DNA from: Ginglymostoma cirratum
Lineage: Eukaryota
Assembly: GCA_024137785.1 (NCBI GenBank)
Contig: JAHRHZ010000087.1
Span: 10,795,415 to 10,859,414, forward strand
DNA length: 64,000 bases
Direction of reading: 5' to 3'
In this document: in pieces, positions 63,536 to 64,000 of the stretch
Numbering within the stretch: the stretch's first letter is position 1
Layout: every line of letters begins with the position of its first letter
Made by a program: the position numbers and the translations under genes
The notes under the pieces: generated by a model
What the model saw: the letters and a program-made list of their open reading frames with translations, nothing else
Database searches by the model: none
What the model was told of the DNA's origin: nothing

Positions 63536-64000
63536 CGGAAAATGATTTGAGTATTGAATAGTGCTGCGATTCATGTCTGAAGCAATTTAACCAATGATTT
63601 GAACTGTTATGTCAATGTGTACTTTTTATGTACTAGTACCAATTTTCTGAAAGTCTCAACATTTGGAAGACTAAGTGGACCTGATGAAATTCTTAAAATA
63701 TATGATGGAATGCCATGTCACAAATAGCAGTAAATTTCTTCATTGATCTTCAAGTTACTAATGTGATATTAAATAATATTGACTATTAAACAATTGTAGA
63801 AGAATTGAAGAGCAATTCGAAAACTATTAGTTCACCAGGATAATGGTCAAAGTTTGCAATTCTATACTGTGAATCATTTTGTTTAACCAGATATCACAGA
63901 CTCTGCTCAACAGAATGAGATAGCCGGTTGCAAAATGAGACAGATAGTGATGGTGAGCAAGCAGGAGAACAGGATTGAGCTAGGTGATTCCTTTAAAGAG

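Overview
AT-rich vertebrate genomic DNA, most likely a cartilaginous fish (shark). This is inferred from HE1-type V-SINEs, a SacSINE1-like DeuSINE and abundant CR1/L2 relics. The window looks intronic or intergenic and is dominated by decayed transposable elements. I could not identify any intact protein-coding gene, only a few unassigned candidate exons. The largest element is a ~4.4 kb Tx1-clade (Keno-like) non-LTR retrotransposon (25988-30358, +). It starts with the 5' end of U2 snRNA but lacks the rest of the U2 gene downstream. Other notable items: short Penelope-like termini carrying a minimal hammerhead ribozyme core, several inserted as fold-back hairpins with 11-16 bp target-site duplications; a 3' U6 snRNA fragment next to a SINE; a DeuSINE with nested Tigger and hAT-like insertions; a Gypsy pol relic; and an unexplained ~125 bp duplication. 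Family assignments come from recalled motifs, not database searches, and most boundaries are approximate.
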